DNA of 64,000 nt from Waterburya sp. (GCA_965217895.1 CBDCJV010000002.1:1184001-1248000), one strand, 5' to 3'; positions 51,916 to 63,009 are shown, counted from the first letter of the stretch. Notes: generated from the sequence alone by a model not told the origin. Numbers and translations are program-made.

Positions 51916-52614
51916 TCAAGAATATAGCCAGCTATCAACTATTCTCAATATAGTTTTATCACCCAAGCCTCTAACATTTTCTAATACTTCGGTTAATGAT
52001 TTAAAAGGTCTTGCTTCGATAATTTTAGGAGCTATATCGTTAGCTTTTTTATCTGATCTAAGAATTGGTTTTAATTTACTTACTAGCTCAATTAAGCTAG
52101 CATTATTAAAAGTTGTCAAAGGCTCTATTTTTTCAGGAAGCTTGTTTTTAAGAGAGTCAATTTCTTGCTGTAATTTTTTATTATTTTGAGTATATTCACT
52201 TTTTAATTCATTTAGTCGATTTTCTATTCTTGATTCAATATTGGTTAAGCGAGTTTCTAAATTACTTGTATCACGGTTATCTTTTTGATCTGGTTTTGGT
52301 TTTGAAGGATTACGAAATATGGCAACCTGATCTTTTAATATTGCTTCGTTTTTGTCTTCAATAATATATGCTGCGATCGCTTCTCCGATTTCTAGATTTA
52401 ATTCTCTTGCTCTTGCTGCTGCATAATATTCAAAATGTCCATCTATTATCTGAAAAGAATTGATGCCTGTTCGACTTACTATTAAAGGATTAATTATGCC
52501 TTCTGCTGCCACTATTAATTTAGCAGCCTGTTCTATTTCCTGTTGATCAAAATTAGAACGAGGGCGATCGCAAGTTATGGTTCTAACTTCAACTAATGAT
52601 GATGATAAAGTCAT
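51916..52614 (-). CDS. ParB/Srx-like N-terminal domain, coiled coil and C-terminal helix-hairpin-helix protein
   Basis: GIINPLIV..FQIIDGHFEYYAA; RPFKSLTEVLENVRGLGDKT; start overlaps the stop of the upstream ParA fusion. Confidence 0.7.
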   Translation of the reverse strand: MTLSSSLVEVRTITCDRPRSNFDQQEIEQAAKLIVAAEGIINPLIVSRTGINSFQIIDGHFEYYAAARARELNLEIGEAIAAYIIEDKNEAILKDQVAIFRNPSKPKPDQKDNRDTSNLETRLTNIESRIENRLNELKSEYTQNNKKLQQEIDSLKNKLPEKIEPLTTFNNASLIELVSKLKPILRSDKKANDIAPKIIEARPFKSLTEVLENVRGLGDKTILRIVDSWLYS

Positions 52615-54002
52615 GCTACTCCTATTTTTTTCAATACTTCAGTTGCCAAGTTTTCAAATTCTTGAGAAGATTTAGAATTAGGGCTATAGTCTAATACAGA
52701 TCTAGGATCGGGCATTTCTATTTCACCGATAAGTTGAACAGCATCAGAGCATTTAGCCAAATCTTCACGTTGAAATATAGTGGTGCTTAATAACGGTAAA
52801 CTATATTTATTGGTTATTTTAGATAATTGTTTTGGCAATGTATGCTGAACAAATTTGGCATGAGTTGATATTTTACAGGGAAGAACCCCAATTATTTCTA
52901 ATGGTTTTTGATTAATTACTTTCTTAGTAGCGTTAATATCTTGAATAAAGTTTTTGACGTTTACTAATCCTTGGTTAGCAAAAGGTTTCAAGTCCGAAGG
53001 AATTAGTAAATATTCTGCTGTAATTAAAGCAATTCTGGCATATAGATTTAAAGACGGAGGAGTATCAATTAAAACAATATCATATTGGTCTTTAACTTCT
53101 TTTAGCTTTTCTCGCAAAGTAAAATTTATTGAAGCTAACTGATTTAATCTATTTTCCTTCTCCATCAAACTTATATGAGCAGGAATAATATCAACTGTTG
53201 GAATACAAAAATTAGATGTTACCTTAATATCTTTAATTGGATAGGACTCTGAAAATCCTATAACATGAGATACGTTTGCTTTTTCAATATAATCATCAAA
53301 CTCATCATCAAACTTAACTAAACCTGTAGCAAAAGTTGTATTTGCCTGACTATCTAAATCTATAACTAATACTTTTTTACCTTTCTTACTCAGTGCTGCC
53401 GCTAAATTAACTACGGTAGTTGTTTTGCCTACACCACCTTTATTATGATATACCGCTATGATTTTCATATTTTGTTTTATTGATACTTTAGTTACCGTAG
53501 AAGTACTGCTAATAATTGCTTCCCTTGTTTGCCTATTATTTTTCCTTAGACTATCTTTCCCAATTAAAGCTTTAATATTAGCAATATTATTATCAATCTC
53601 ATTTCCGCCACATTGGAATAATAGTTTGGGAGAATTGGGTAATAAACCTTGAGACAATTCTGGAGATATTTCTTTCTGATAAATTCTAAAGTCTCTACTG
53701 TTAGTCAAAACTCCATACTGTACAGATATAGTATGTAGATATCTATTAAATTGCGCTAGATGATTGTCTAAATTTTGTTTTGGATGCTTTGTTTCTACAA
53801 TTAGACTACGATCTAAATTTATCTTTTGTTGGTTATAAACAATCGGTTTGCTCAAGATCAAGAAGTCCAGACGAATATTGCGAATAGTTACTTCTTCATA
53901 CCAACTATCAGGAGAATAGCCTAATCTTGGCAACAAATAGTGAACTATTAGCTTGCTTCTTACTTCTGTTTCATTACGACAATAATGATGATTAAAACTC
54001 AA
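52611..54002 (-). CDS. HsdR N-terminal (PD-(D/E)XK) domain fused to a ParA/Soj ATPase
   Basis: NETEVRSKL, RLDF..IVETK..Q..RY..YGVLTN; deviant Walker A NKGGVGKTT, IDLDSQAN, IDTPP. Confidence 0.8.
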   Translation of the reverse strand: MSFNHHYCRNETEVRSKLIVHYLLPRLGYSPDSWYEEVTIRNIRLDFLILSKPIVYNQQKINLDRSLIVETKHPKQNLDNHLAQFNRYLHTISVQYGVLTNSRDFRIYQKEISPELSQGLLPNSPKLLFQCGGNEIDNNIANIKALIGKDSLRKNNRQTREAIISSTSTVTKVSIKQNMKIIAVYHNKGGVGKTTTVVNLAAALSKKGKKVLVIDLDSQANTTFATGLVKFDDEFDDYIEKANVSHVIGFSESYPIKDIKVTSNFCIPTVDIIPAHISLMEKENRLNQLASINFTLREKLKEVKDQYDIVLIDTPPSLNLYARIALITAEYLLIPSDLKPFANQGLVNVKNFIQDINATKKVINQKPLEIIGVLPCKISTHAKFVQHTLPKQLSKITNKYSLPLLSTTIFQREDLAKCSDAVQLIGEIEMPDPRSVLDYSPNSKSSQEFENLATEVLKKIGVA

Positions 54003-54165
54003 TGGGATACACTTAAATCTGTAATTCGGTCAATAGTTGTATTTTACTGATATTCTAAATGCTTGATAGCGATCGCTATTTTCTAAATCCCTACACTTGA
54101 TTAGAAATTAGTCGATTAACGTTAGATTGAAGAAGAATTAGTTAGTAAGTAAACCAATAACTCTA

Positions 54166-55494
54166 TTGAATCATAATCACTCTTGGGAACCCGATTATCA
54201 GAGTCGTTTTTGGCGGTTGGCAATAGTTAATATTTTGTCTAACTTAATGGTGCCGTTGGCTAGCTTAGTTGATGTAGCATTTTTGGGACATTTAACAGAA
54301 ATTCGTCATTTAGCAGGAGTGGCGATCGCCACTATCCTATTTAACTATATCTACTGGACTTTTGGTTTTCTACGGATGGGAACAACGGGTTTAACTGCTC
54401 AAGCAATGGGCAGAAACGAAGCAGACCAAGTTATTTTAACTTTATTACGCAATGGTGCGATCGCTCTGACTCTAGGCATAATTATTCTTATTTTGCAGCA
54501 ACCTATAAGAGAAATTGGCTTTAGGTTACTCAAAGCCGACTCAGGAGTAATTGAAGCGGGACGAACTTATTATAATGCTTTGATTTGGGGCGCGCCTGCT
54601 ACACTGTTAAATTTTGTCTTACTAGGCTGGTTTCTCGGCAAAGAACAAGGAACAAAAGTATTCTTATTCTCTCTGGTAAATAGCGGGGCAAATATTATTT
54701 TTGACTATCTATATATTGTTCGCTGGGGACAAGAGAGTGCTGGCGCAGGCACTGCAACGGCAATCAGTCAATATACAACTCTACTATTATGCTTAATTTT
54801 GGTCGGGCGAGAAATTTCTTGGTCTTCCTTACGGCACAACTTTAAAAACATCATTAATATTTCGGCATTTAAAGCTACTTTTTCCCTTAACAGAGATATT
54901 TTAATTCGCACTTTGGCTTTAATATCTACCTTTGCTATTTTTACTAACCTCAGCGCAACCATGGGAACTATGGTTTTGACTGCCAACACCTTACTTTTGC
55001 AGGTAGTAACTTTAGCAGCCTACTTTATAGATGGTATTGCCTTTGCCACCGAAAGTATTGCTGGAAATTTACAGGGACAAGGACGAAATAAGCAGCTAAT
55101 GCCTTTACTTAAACTAGCTGGTGGTAGTAGCTTACTAGCTGGTTTGGGTTTTGCGATCGCCTTTTCTCTATTTACGCAGCCGTTATTTAGTCTTTTGACT
55201 AGTCACTTGGAAATAGTTAACCTAGTCGGTAACTATGTCTGGTGGCTATTGCCCATTCTAGGTTTTGGTTCAATGGCATATATGCTAGATGGCTATTTTT
55301 TAGGTTTAACCGCAGGTAAGATATTACGCCAGTCTACTCTGATTGCTACTTTACTCGGCTTTGCGCCTATGGCGATCGCAGCATGGTATACCCATAGGTC
55401 ACATTTACTTTGGCTGGCACTGACTTTATTTATGGCAGCTAGGAGTATAACTTTGGGTTTAGAAGTAAGAAGGCGATTCAGTCGCATTCACTAA
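54166..55494 (+). CDS. MATE family efflux transporter (DinF-like)
   Basis: NLMVPLASLVDVAFLGHL, FGFLRMGTTGLTAQA. Confidence 0.9.
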   Translation: MNHNHSWEPDYQSRFWRLAIVNILSNLMVPLASLVDVAFLGHLTEIRHLAGVAIATILFNYIYWTFGFLRMGTTGLTAQAMGRNEADQVILTLLRNGAIALTLGIIILILQQPIREIGFRLLKADSGVIEAGRTYYNALIWGAPATLLNFVLLGWFLGKEQGTKVFLFSLVNSGANIIFDYLYIVRWGQESAGAGTATAISQYTTLLLCLILVGREISWSSLRHNFKNIINISAFKATFSLNRDILIRTLALISTFAIFTNLSATMGTMVLTANTLLLQVVTLAAYFIDGIAFATESIAGNLQGQGRNKQLMPLLKLAGGSSLLAGLGFAIAFSLFTQPLFSLLTSHLEIVNLVGNYVWWLLPILGFGSMAYMLDGYFLGLTAGKILRQSTLIATLLGFAPMAIAAWYTHRSHLLWLALTLFMAARSITLGLEVRRRFSRIH

Positions 55495-55548
55495 CGCCTA
55501 AATTTAAGCAGGCGTTGGTAGAATGCGTAATATTATAAAGCCTAATAA

Positions 55549-57012
55549 CTAGTACACATTCGCCAAAAGCTTACGGTTTAAAAATGCCATAGGATCTACT
55601 GCACCTTGACCCTTAGGATGAATTTCAAAATGTACATGAGGACCAGTGCTGTAGCCAGTGCTTCCCACTTCCGCTATTTGCTCTCCTTGATTGACTCTCT
55701 GACCAACGTTAACCATGATTTGACTATTGTGGGCGTAGAGAGTAACGCTACCGTCTAAATGCTGAAGCTCAATCATATTGCCATAGCCTCCACTATTCCA
55801 ACCTGCCTCAATTACTTCTCCTGATGCTGCTGCTACAACTGGAGTGCCGATAGGCGCAGCAATATCGACTCCTGCGTGGAGTCTACCCCAACGCCAGCCA
55901 TAACCAGAACTCAATACTCCTCTAGCAGGCCAAGCATAACCGTTAAAGACCTTTGGTAGATATTCTTCTGAGGGAGGTAAGGGGGGTAATTGTAAGGCAA
56001 TAGCATTTTTATCTAATAGATCTGGTTGTGAATCCTGTTTAGCAGGAATAGAAGTCGCCGTATCAGCCTCTGTCTTAATAGATTGAACTTCAGAGTTATC
56101 TCCACCAACACTAGAAGCACCAGCATCATTTAAAGTATTTTGTTGTTCTGGTTGAGGCTGCTGGCGATACTTATTACGCAACTCATCAATTTCTGAACTC
56201 AGTTTGCTAATGTAAGGATCGTCGCTTGAATTTGCTGAGTCATGACTATTATCGTGCCTATCTAACCTCTCTCCATCGTCTTTTAAAACTTTAGCGGAAA
56301 GTTCGGTAGAGGCTAATTTTACATTTTTTTGATTTGTATTAGCGTCATACAAAGCACTATCAATTGCTCTGGGAGGAATTTTTAGCTCTCGATCGATCTG
56401 GATAATATTGGCGTTTTTTAGACCGTTGAGCTTGACTAATTCTGCACTAGAAACCTGATATTTTTTAGCAATTTGTTCAACAGTATCGCCATATTTTACT
56501 TTGTGAATTTTAAAATTTGAACTAGCTGCTGGCAAAGCAGGAGTGGAAGGTAAAGCTGAAGGTTTATAGTTATTAGCGACCAAACTAGATGAGGAGTCTA
56601 GATTGTTATTTACTTGACCCGCAAGAAAATTGTTTTGCTGGTTAGGAGTTGCTTGAGCAAGATTTGCTGGATTTGTGGCTTTGTTTCTCAAAGGTGAGGT
56701 AATCAAACTAAAGATACGTGGCAAAAAAGCAGAGCGTCTAGCTTGGCTGGTGTTGGAATCAGAGTTTGTTGGTGAAGTCGAAAATTGATTGCCAAAACTG
56801 GCCGTTTTGCCTGACTCTGAGCTTATATTTTTAGCGGTAGCTACTCTACCATAGATCGGTAGATAAATTACTACTGCGATCGATGTAGCTAACCCCAATT
56901 TGATAGTTAAGCTAGTGTTGCGTCTGACATTTTTGGCTGGGATTAAAGGAGATTGATTTAAAGAACTAATATTTGATTGCTCTTTGGGAGTGGAAGCTTT
57001 GTGAGAAGGCAT
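55549..57012 (-). CDS. LysM plus M23 peptidase (NlpD-like)
   Basis: HKVKYGDTVEQIA LysM; HAGVD, YAH, STGPHVHFE. Confidence 0.9.
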   Translation of the reverse strand: MPSHKASTPKEQSNISSLNQSPLIPAKNVRRNTSLTIKLGLATSIAVVIYLPIYGRVATAKNISSESGKTASFGNQFSTSPTNSDSNTSQARRSAFLPRIFSLITSPLRNKATNPANLAQATPNQQNNFLAGQVNNNLDSSSSLVANNYKPSALPSTPALPAASSNFKIHKVKYGDTVEQIAKKYQVSSAELVKLNGLKNANIIQIDRELKIPPRAIDSALYDANTNQKNVKLASTELSAKVLKDDGERLDRHDNSHDSANSSDDPYISKLSSEIDELRNKYRQQPQPEQQNTLNDAGASSVGGDNSEVQSIKTEADTATSIPAKQDSQPDLLDKNAIALQLPPLPPSEEYLPKVFNGYAWPARGVLSSGYGWRWGRLHAGVDIAAPIGTPVVAAASGEVIEAGWNSGGYGNMIELQHLDGSVTLYAHNSQIMVNVGQRVNQGEQIAEVGSTGYSTGPHVHFEIHPKGQGAVDPMAFLNRKLLANVY

Positions 57013-57239
57013 AATATTAGAGTCAGATGCTTAAATTCTATAGTGGTTGGTGATTTGCTCTGCCAAGAGGCTTAAATATGAGGCAAGTATGATCTACTCA
57101 AGTAACTTAAAAATATATTCAACAGAATTTACCACCGATAGGCGTAAAAGGTTATCTGCCAAAAAATAACTAGTTATTTCTATGGAAGGTTATCTTAAAA
57201 CAGAGATTAAAACAAGAAGAGTACAGAAAAAAATAAGAT

Positions 57240-57710
57240 CTAATTGAGTGAACTGTTGTTAGTAGTCTGTCTAATCGCTTCAAATAGACCGATCGCCACA
57301 CTGACAGAAAGATTTAAACTACGCACGTTAGGTTCGGCAATATTAATCCTTACTTTCTTGTCGCAAGCATCAATGACTGCTGCGGGTAAGCCTGCGGTTT
57401 CTTTGCCAAACAATAGCCAGTCTGTGTCCTGATACTGACAGGCAAGATAGTTTTTGCTGCCACGGACGGTAAAACCGATTAGTCTACCGCCTCTTTGACA
57501 ATGTTCTTGCCAAAAAGCAGCTAAATTCTCGTGATAATGTAAATCTACGTAGGGCCAATAGTCCAATCCTGCTCTTTTCAAATAGCGATCGCTAATCTCA
57601 AATCCTAACGGTGCAACTAAATGTAGCTCGGTTTTAGTAGCAGCACAGGTACGGGCAATATTTCCCGTGTTAGGTGGAATTTCAGGATGAACTAGAACAA
57701 CACGAACCAT
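57240..57710 (-). CDS. trmL: tRNA (cytidine34-2'-O)-methyltransferase
   Basis: PEIPPNTGNIARTC, KRAGLDYW, FGKETAGLP, RSLNLS. Confidence 0.93.
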   Translation of the reverse strand: MVRVVLVHPEIPPNTGNIARTCAATKTELHLVAPLGFEISDRYLKRAGLDYWPYVDLHYHENLAAFWQEHCQRGGRLIGFTVRGSKNYLACQYQDTDWLLFGKETAGLPAAVIDACDKKVRINIAEPNVRSLNLSVSVAIGLFEAIRQTTNNSSLN

Positions 57711-57733
57711 TTAAGTCAATTATCAATTATTTA

Positions 57734-57761
57734 GTAAGGGCGAACGGCCGTTCGCCCTTAC
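57734..57761. repeat. REP-like perfect palindrome
   Basis: GTAAGGGCGAACGGCCGTTCGCCCTTAC. Confidence 0.8.
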
Positions 57762-57769
57762 AACAGTTA

Positions 57770-58927
57770 TTAGGCTATCAAAGCAGGTGGACATACAGCA
57801 TAATCCAAATCTCGTTCTTGTTGAGCAATAGCTTGAATATCTTGCTGAATAATCTGAGGAATAGGCATTCCCTGGCGATGTAATTTTAACCATTGCTGGG
57901 CGGTATTTCCCGTGCGCAGAATTTTCTTGAGAGGGGATAAAAAACAGCTAAAGCCTTGTTTTTTGGCAAGGGGATACACCTGATCGTAAATTTCTTGAAT
58001 CCAATCCCTAGCGATGATTTTTCTGCCGTCTTGCCAGTGGCGTAACTCGGCATCTAAACTGTGGCGTGCTGCTGCCATTTCGTTGGCATCAGCCAAAGCC
58101 ATTAACTCTGACTGGAGATCGTTTGCTGACAAATTACTTTGCTGTAAAGGATCGAGTTTCAGATTAGCCATCATCTGCATAATTCTTGCCTCTAACAAAG
58201 CAGTAATTGCCAAAAGAGCCAAGGGATCGACAACTAGGTCACAAATCCTTAATTCCAAACGATTAAGATTATAAGGACGGCGATCGCCATTTGGTCGAAC
58301 CGAACTCCACAGATGACGCACATTGCGCATTTTTCCTGCTGCTAGCTGTTCCTCTGTCCAGAGAATAAAATGACCGTGACTTTCAAACAGGGGTACATTT
58401 TGAGGTGTTTTGGGAAACATTTGCCAACGGGATGAATGACTCCCTGTTGCCTTGCCGTCGATAAAGGGAGAAGACGCGCTCAAAGCTAAATACAAAGGAG
58501 CTTCTACCCGCACCAAACGACAGGCTTGCATCAGCAATTCAGGATTATCAATGCCCACGTTAATATGAATGCTGGCGGTAACTACATCTGTGCCGTAGGT
58601 TTGCTCAATGTAGGTGTGATAAGGATTATTGGGATCGGAGCGACAAAAGCGATCGCTTCCGCCTAATGACATGGTGCTACCAGGAATTATTGTATAATCT
58701 CCTAAAGTCTGAATGTAGGATCTCATAGCTTGCCGAGGTTTTAGCAAGGCGCACAACAGGCGATCGTAGGCACAAAAGGGCGCAGTAGTATACTCAACAT
58801 TACGACTGTCTGGTTCGCGGACAAAACCGTCCAAAGCCTGAACAATTTTATCTGACAATCCTACAATTTTACCTTCTGGAGTGCCAGTGTACATTTCTAC
58901 TTCAAAGCCTTTGGACAGTAAACTCAT
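57770..58927 (-). CDS. gshA: Glutamate--cysteine ligase (cyanobacterial type)
   Basis: KGFEVEMYTG, REPDSRNVEYTT, TASIHINVG, NRLELRICDL. Confidence 0.92.
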   Translation of the reverse strand: MSLLSKGFEVEMYTGTPEGKIVGLSDKIVQALDGFVREPDSRNVEYTTAPFCAYDRLLCALLKPRQAMRSYIQTLGDYTIIPGSTMSLGGSDRFCRSDPNNPYHTYIEQTYGTDVVTASIHINVGIDNPELLMQACRLVRVEAPLYLALSASSPFIDGKATGSHSSRWQMFPKTPQNVPLFESHGHFILWTEEQLAAGKMRNVRHLWSSVRPNGDRRPYNLNRLELRICDLVVDPLALLAITALLEARIMQMMANLKLDPLQQSNLSANDLQSELMALADANEMAAARHSLDAELRHWQDGRKIIARDWIQEIYDQVYPLAKKQGFSCFLSPLKKILRTGNTAQQWLKLHRQGMPIPQIIQQDIQAIAQQERDLDYAVCPPALIA

Positions 58928-59319
58928 CTTTAATTTTATTACTAGCTCAACTGTAAATATATTTGGACAAACTTGATTTTCTCTAAGAGAATTATCTAAA
59001 AAATGATCTTGAATGATCTTGGTTTGATTTTGCTTATTTTCTGCCCCTTTGTTCCTGCTCTTAGCTTAAAGGGCTTTAATGTAATGTAGCTAATTAAACT
59101 TGGGGGACAACCTTTAAAAAATATAAGAAACTTACTTAATTTCAGGTTTTATATAAAAAATTTCAATGATCTCGCGGTTTTTGAGTCACTGTATATGATT
59201 AACAGTGTAAACGATCACAGTTAGGCAAGGATCAAAAGATTAAGATACACAAAACATACTCTCTTTGGGTTAACATTGCTAATTGTTACATTCCAACCCT
59301 ATTTAACAATAATTTTTTT

Positions 59320-59505
59320 ATGACAACACTTTTATCTACTCATAGTGCTAAACACTACCAGACAGACCAACAGGTAAAGTATTTACATCTAGAGGCAGAG
59401 GTAGATATACTGCTCCAAAAATTAACTGCCCTTCAAAAACAAGAGCAGCTTTTAAAGGAACTTGCTACTAAATCATCTGAGTCTAGTGAATTAAATGCAG
59501 GCTAG
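59320..59505 (+). CDS. Small hypothetical protein
   Basis: 61-aa ORF with a helical core (YQTDQQVKYLHLEAEVDILLQKL) upstream of ycf23. Confidence 0.55.
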   Translation: MTTLLSTHSAKHYQTDQQVKYLHLEAEVDILLQKLTALQKQEQLLKELATKSSESSELNAG

Positions 59506-59568
59506 GTTTTAAGATAATCTAAGCTGGTGTTTAAAAAACGCCGATGACCGAATCCAAGAAAGTAAAGA

Positions 59569-60324
59569 ATGAAGATACATCCTCAGCTAGCCCAAGCCTT
59601 GGCTCAAAAAAATGCTCTTAAGGTAATTAGTGGCTTAAACAATTTCGACCAGGAACAAGTAACGGCAGTAGTTAAAGCTGCCGAAGCAGGTGGTGCAACT
59701 TTTGTTGATATTGCTGCCAAAGCAAGTTTAATCGAGACAGTTCGCAGCTTAACCAGCTTGCCTATCTGTGTCTCGGCAGTTGAACCAAAACTGTTTGTCA
59801 GTGCGGTTAATGCTGGTGCTGACTTAATCGAAATAGGTAATTTTGATAGCTTCTATAGCCAAGGACGGAAGTTTGAGGCAGCAGAAGTATTAGAATTGAC
59901 TCAGAAAACGCGATCGCTATTGCCTCAAGCGACTCTTTCTGTTACAGTGCCTCACATCTTGGCTTTAGATGAACAAGTTCAGTTGGCACAACAACTAGTA
60001 CGCTCAGGAGCGGATATAATTCAAACCGAAGGTGGGACTAGTATTAAGCCTGTTAGCCCTGGTGTAAGAGGCTTAATTGAAAAAGCTGCCCCCACATTGG
60101 CTGCTGCTTATAGCATTTCCCATGCCGTAGATATTCCTGTGCTTTGTGCTTCGGGCTTATCTAGCGTAACCGTACCAATGGCGATCGCTGCTGGTGCTTC
60201 AGGAGTTGGTGTTGGTTCGGCAATTAACCAGCTAAACAGCGAAGTAGCTATGGTTGCTGCTGTACGTAGTTTAGTTGAAGCTTTATCAATCATCAATTAT
60301 CAATTATCAATTAACAGAAATTAG
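59569..60324 (+). CDS. ycf23: Ycf23/DUF561 family protein
   Basis: LKVISGLNNFD, GATFVDIA, IEIGNFDSFY, IIQTEGG. Confidence 0.88.
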   Translation: MKIHPQLAQALAQKNALKVISGLNNFDQEQVTAVVKAAEAGGATFVDIAAKASLIETVRSLTSLPICVSAVEPKLFVSAVNAGADLIEIGNFDSFYSQGRKFEAAEVLELTQKTRSLLPQATLSVTVPHILALDEQVQLAQQLVRSGADIIQTEGGTSIKPVSPGVRGLIEKAAPTLAAAYSISHAVDIPVLCASGLSSVTVPMAIAAGASGVGVGSAINQLNSEVAMVAAVRSLVEALSIINYQLSINRN

Positions 60325-60478
60325 CTGTAGGGTGGGCAGGAAGAACAATTGTGTTTTTATCAGAATTCACTGCTATTAATGCCCATCAAAAATAATCATT
60401 TTATCAAAGAGTTTGTAGTCTGTAGTTTGTTGTTTGTAGTTTAAATCCGACTACAAACAACAAACTTTTTTACTGCTT

Positions 60479-61615
60479 TTATATTTCTGATAAGCCATCT
60501 TTAAGGGCGTAAGCTACCTGCTCTTGCTCCTTTGGGGAAATACCAGGAAACATCGGTAAAGATAATACTTCTTGGGCAGCTTGCTCCACTATAGGCAACT
60601 GCCCTTTTTGATAGCCTAAATCGTCATATACAGGCTGTAAGTGCAGCGGAATTGGATAATAAATCATGGAAATTATTCCCTGATGCTTTAAGTATTCTTG
60701 AACTAAATTCCGCTTTAGCTTCTTATTTAAGCTCTCTTGAGTCACACAAACTGTATATTGATTCCAAACGCTATCTCCTCCCGCTATAGCTTGAGGTAAC
60801 TTAATTGACGTAACCGAGTGTAAAAGTTCTTGATAGTAGCTTGCAGCCTGTTGACGTTGTTGATTCCAATAGTCGAGATAGCGCAGTTTAACGGTTAAGA
60901 TAACGGCTTGAAGCGCATCTATACGGCTGTTTAAGCCAATAAAATCATGACGATAGCGTTGAGGCGAACCATGTTCTTTGAGGATTCGCATTTGTTTGGC
61001 GATCGCACTATCGTTAGTTGTGACTGCACCACCATCGCCACAGGCACCTAAATTTTTAGTCGGAAAAAAGCTAAAGCAACCCACATGACCAATGCTGCCT
61101 ACTTTGCGTTCATTCCAGGCTGCACCCGTAGCCTGAGCGCAATCTTCGATTACGTATAAATTATGAGCTTCGGCGATCGCCATTAATCGCGTCATGTTTA
61201 CAGGCTGTCCAAAGATATGCACAGGAATAATGGCTTTCGTCTGGGGTGTTATTTTTTGCTCTATCTGAGTTGGATTGAAGTTAAATGTATCAAGCTCAAT
61301 GTCAACAAAAACAGGCTTTGCGCCCACTCTGCTTATCACTTCGGCAGTGGCAAAAAAAGTAAAGGGACTAGTAATTACCTCGTCCCCTGCACCAATATTT
61401 AGAGCTTTTAAAGCCAAAAAGAGGGCATCTGTGCCTGAGTTGCAGCTAACGCATTCAGTAACGCCCGTATAATTGGCAAACTTTTCTTCAAAAGTAGCAA
61501 CGGCTTCTCCGCCAATATAACAACCAGAATTAAGAATTTCGAGAACAGCAGAGTCTGTTTCTGCTTTAATTTGTTTATATTGCCTAGTTAAATCGACTGG
61601 GGGAATCTTCTTCAC
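60479..61615 (-). CDS. DegT/DnrJ/EryC1/StrS aminotransferase
   Basis: CNSGTDAL, IEDCAQA, FSFFPTKNLG..GDGG. Confidence 0.92.
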   Translation of the reverse strand: MKKIPPVDLTRQYKQIKAETDSAVLEILNSGCYIGGEAVATFEEKFANYTGVTECVSCNSGTDALFLALKALNIGAGDEVITSPFTFFATAEVISRVGAKPVFVDIELDTFNFNPTQIEQKITPQTKAIIPVHIFGQPVNMTRLMAIAEAHNLYVIEDCAQATGAAWNERKVGSIGHVGCFSFFPTKNLGACGDGGAVTTNDSAIAKQMRILKEHGSPQRYRHDFIGLNSRIDALQAVILTVKLRYLDYWNQQRQQAASYYQELLHSVTSIKLPQAIAGGDSVWNQYTVCVTQESLNKKLKRNLVQEYLKHQGIISMIYYPIPLHLQPVYDDLGYQKGQLPIVEQAAQEVLSLPMFPGISPKEQEQVAYALKDGLSEI

Positions 61616-61983
61616 TCGCTTAAATTAAGAGTTTTGCCTTAGTTAAAATATTTTCAATAATGAATTGTTGTTCAATGTTGTTCAATATAGGGTAGCGTGA
61701 AAAAAAGATATTTAGTGGTAATTGACCTTTCATTGAACAATGAATATCGATTATTGAACATTGATAAATGCTAAATGTTTAATGAGATGACCAAAGTACT
61801 TACGCTTGATATGAATTAGCGGCGAGCCCCCCTAAAAGGTTCGACATTAAAAAGCATTATCTTATGCCTAGCGTCAATCTAAATTCAAGTTTGAAGCAAA
61901 GTTAAAATTACATAGTCTAATAGGTACAGTAAAATTGTCCTGTTATATACTCCACGTTTTTTCCGCAGGAGCATTTTAAGGTT

Positions 61984-63009
61984 ATGGAATCATCAGAAAA
62001 TCGAGAACAGCAGCTAAAAGCAAATCAATCAACTGAGAAATCTAATAACTCTCCGCCTTTATCAAAAGTTGAAACTCTTAAGCTTTTAAACGAAACTATC
62101 GACAAACTTGAAAAGACAATTAAGGGAATCAGCGAAAGTTCAAACAATGATTTACCATCTTCTGCCTCGATTAATGATTTAGTGAATACTACCCAGGAAT
62201 TAGCTAATACTGTCGCTCCTGCAAATACTGAGCTTATTCCTCAACCTATAGTTAAACAAGCCCCTACCAAAAAGACTAATCTACCAACCACCGATAAAAA
62301 GACAGAATCAACACCCTCAAGTCCGAGTAAAATACCAGCCGTTAAAGCCAAGAAACAGGAAAAATTAGGTTTGATTGCTATTGGCGTTTTTGCGATCGCC
62401 ATGACAATTGTAGCCATATTTTGGCTATGGCTTCCCCAACGTCAGGCTCGTCTTGCTTCTATTACTCAACCAGAACCTCAAGAAATTATTGCCGATGATA
62501 GCACCCTGTCTGTTCCCGAAACAATTAATACACCTGAAACCGAGCCTATCGATCTTGTCCCAGAAAATGCAACCCCACAGCCAGAAGCAATATCCGAAGC
62601 AAAATCTCCTGCTGAAATAGCAATTCCCTTAGAATTAACTTCCCCAGGACGAGCCAAAAACCTCAAAATGGTGACTATTGAGCCAGAGTTAACCTTTACC
62701 CCCGAACAAACTCTAATTGCAGCCTTGCAAAGCAAAATTGCTAAGATAAGCGAGGGTGAGGCTACAGATACAAATATTATCGATTCTATTAAAGTTAACT
62801 TACCCCAAAGTAGTCTGTTGATAAAAGTAACCGACAATTGGTACGAATTAAACGAGTCTGGGCAAAGTAAAATAGCCAACGAAATTTTAGAACGCTCTCG
62901 TAAGCTCCAATTTAACAAACTAGAACTTCAAGATTCTACAGGTACACTAGTTGCACGCAACCCCGTCATTGGCAATCAAATAATTATTTTAGAAAGCGAT
63001 AAACAATGA
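61984..63009 (+). CDS. Hypothetical single-pass membrane protein, Pro/Glu-rich
   Basis: 341 aa, one transmembrane segment, C-terminal G.LVARNPVIG motif. Confidence 0.7.
   Translation: MESSENREQQLKANQSTEKSNNSPPLSKVETLKLLNETIDKLEKTIKGISESSNNDLPSSASINDLVNTTQELANTVAPANTELIPQPIVKQAPTKKTNLPTTDKKTESTPSSPSKIPAVKAKKQEKLGLIAIGVFAIAMTIVAIFWLWLPQRQARLASITQPEPQEIIADDSTLSVPETINTPETEPIDLVPENATPQPEAISEAKSPAEIAIPLELTSPGRAKNLKMVTIEPELTFTPEQTLIAALQSKIAKISEGEATDTNIIDSIKVNLPQSSLLIKVTDNWYELNESGQSKIANEILERSRKLQFNKLELQDSTGTLVARNPVIGNQIIILESDKQ

Noticed and set aside
17455..62918. Short antisense or overlapping ORFs in the track (e.g. 17455-17781, 40472-40801, 62478-62918)
   Set aside because: Shadow frames of well-supported genes on the opposite strand.
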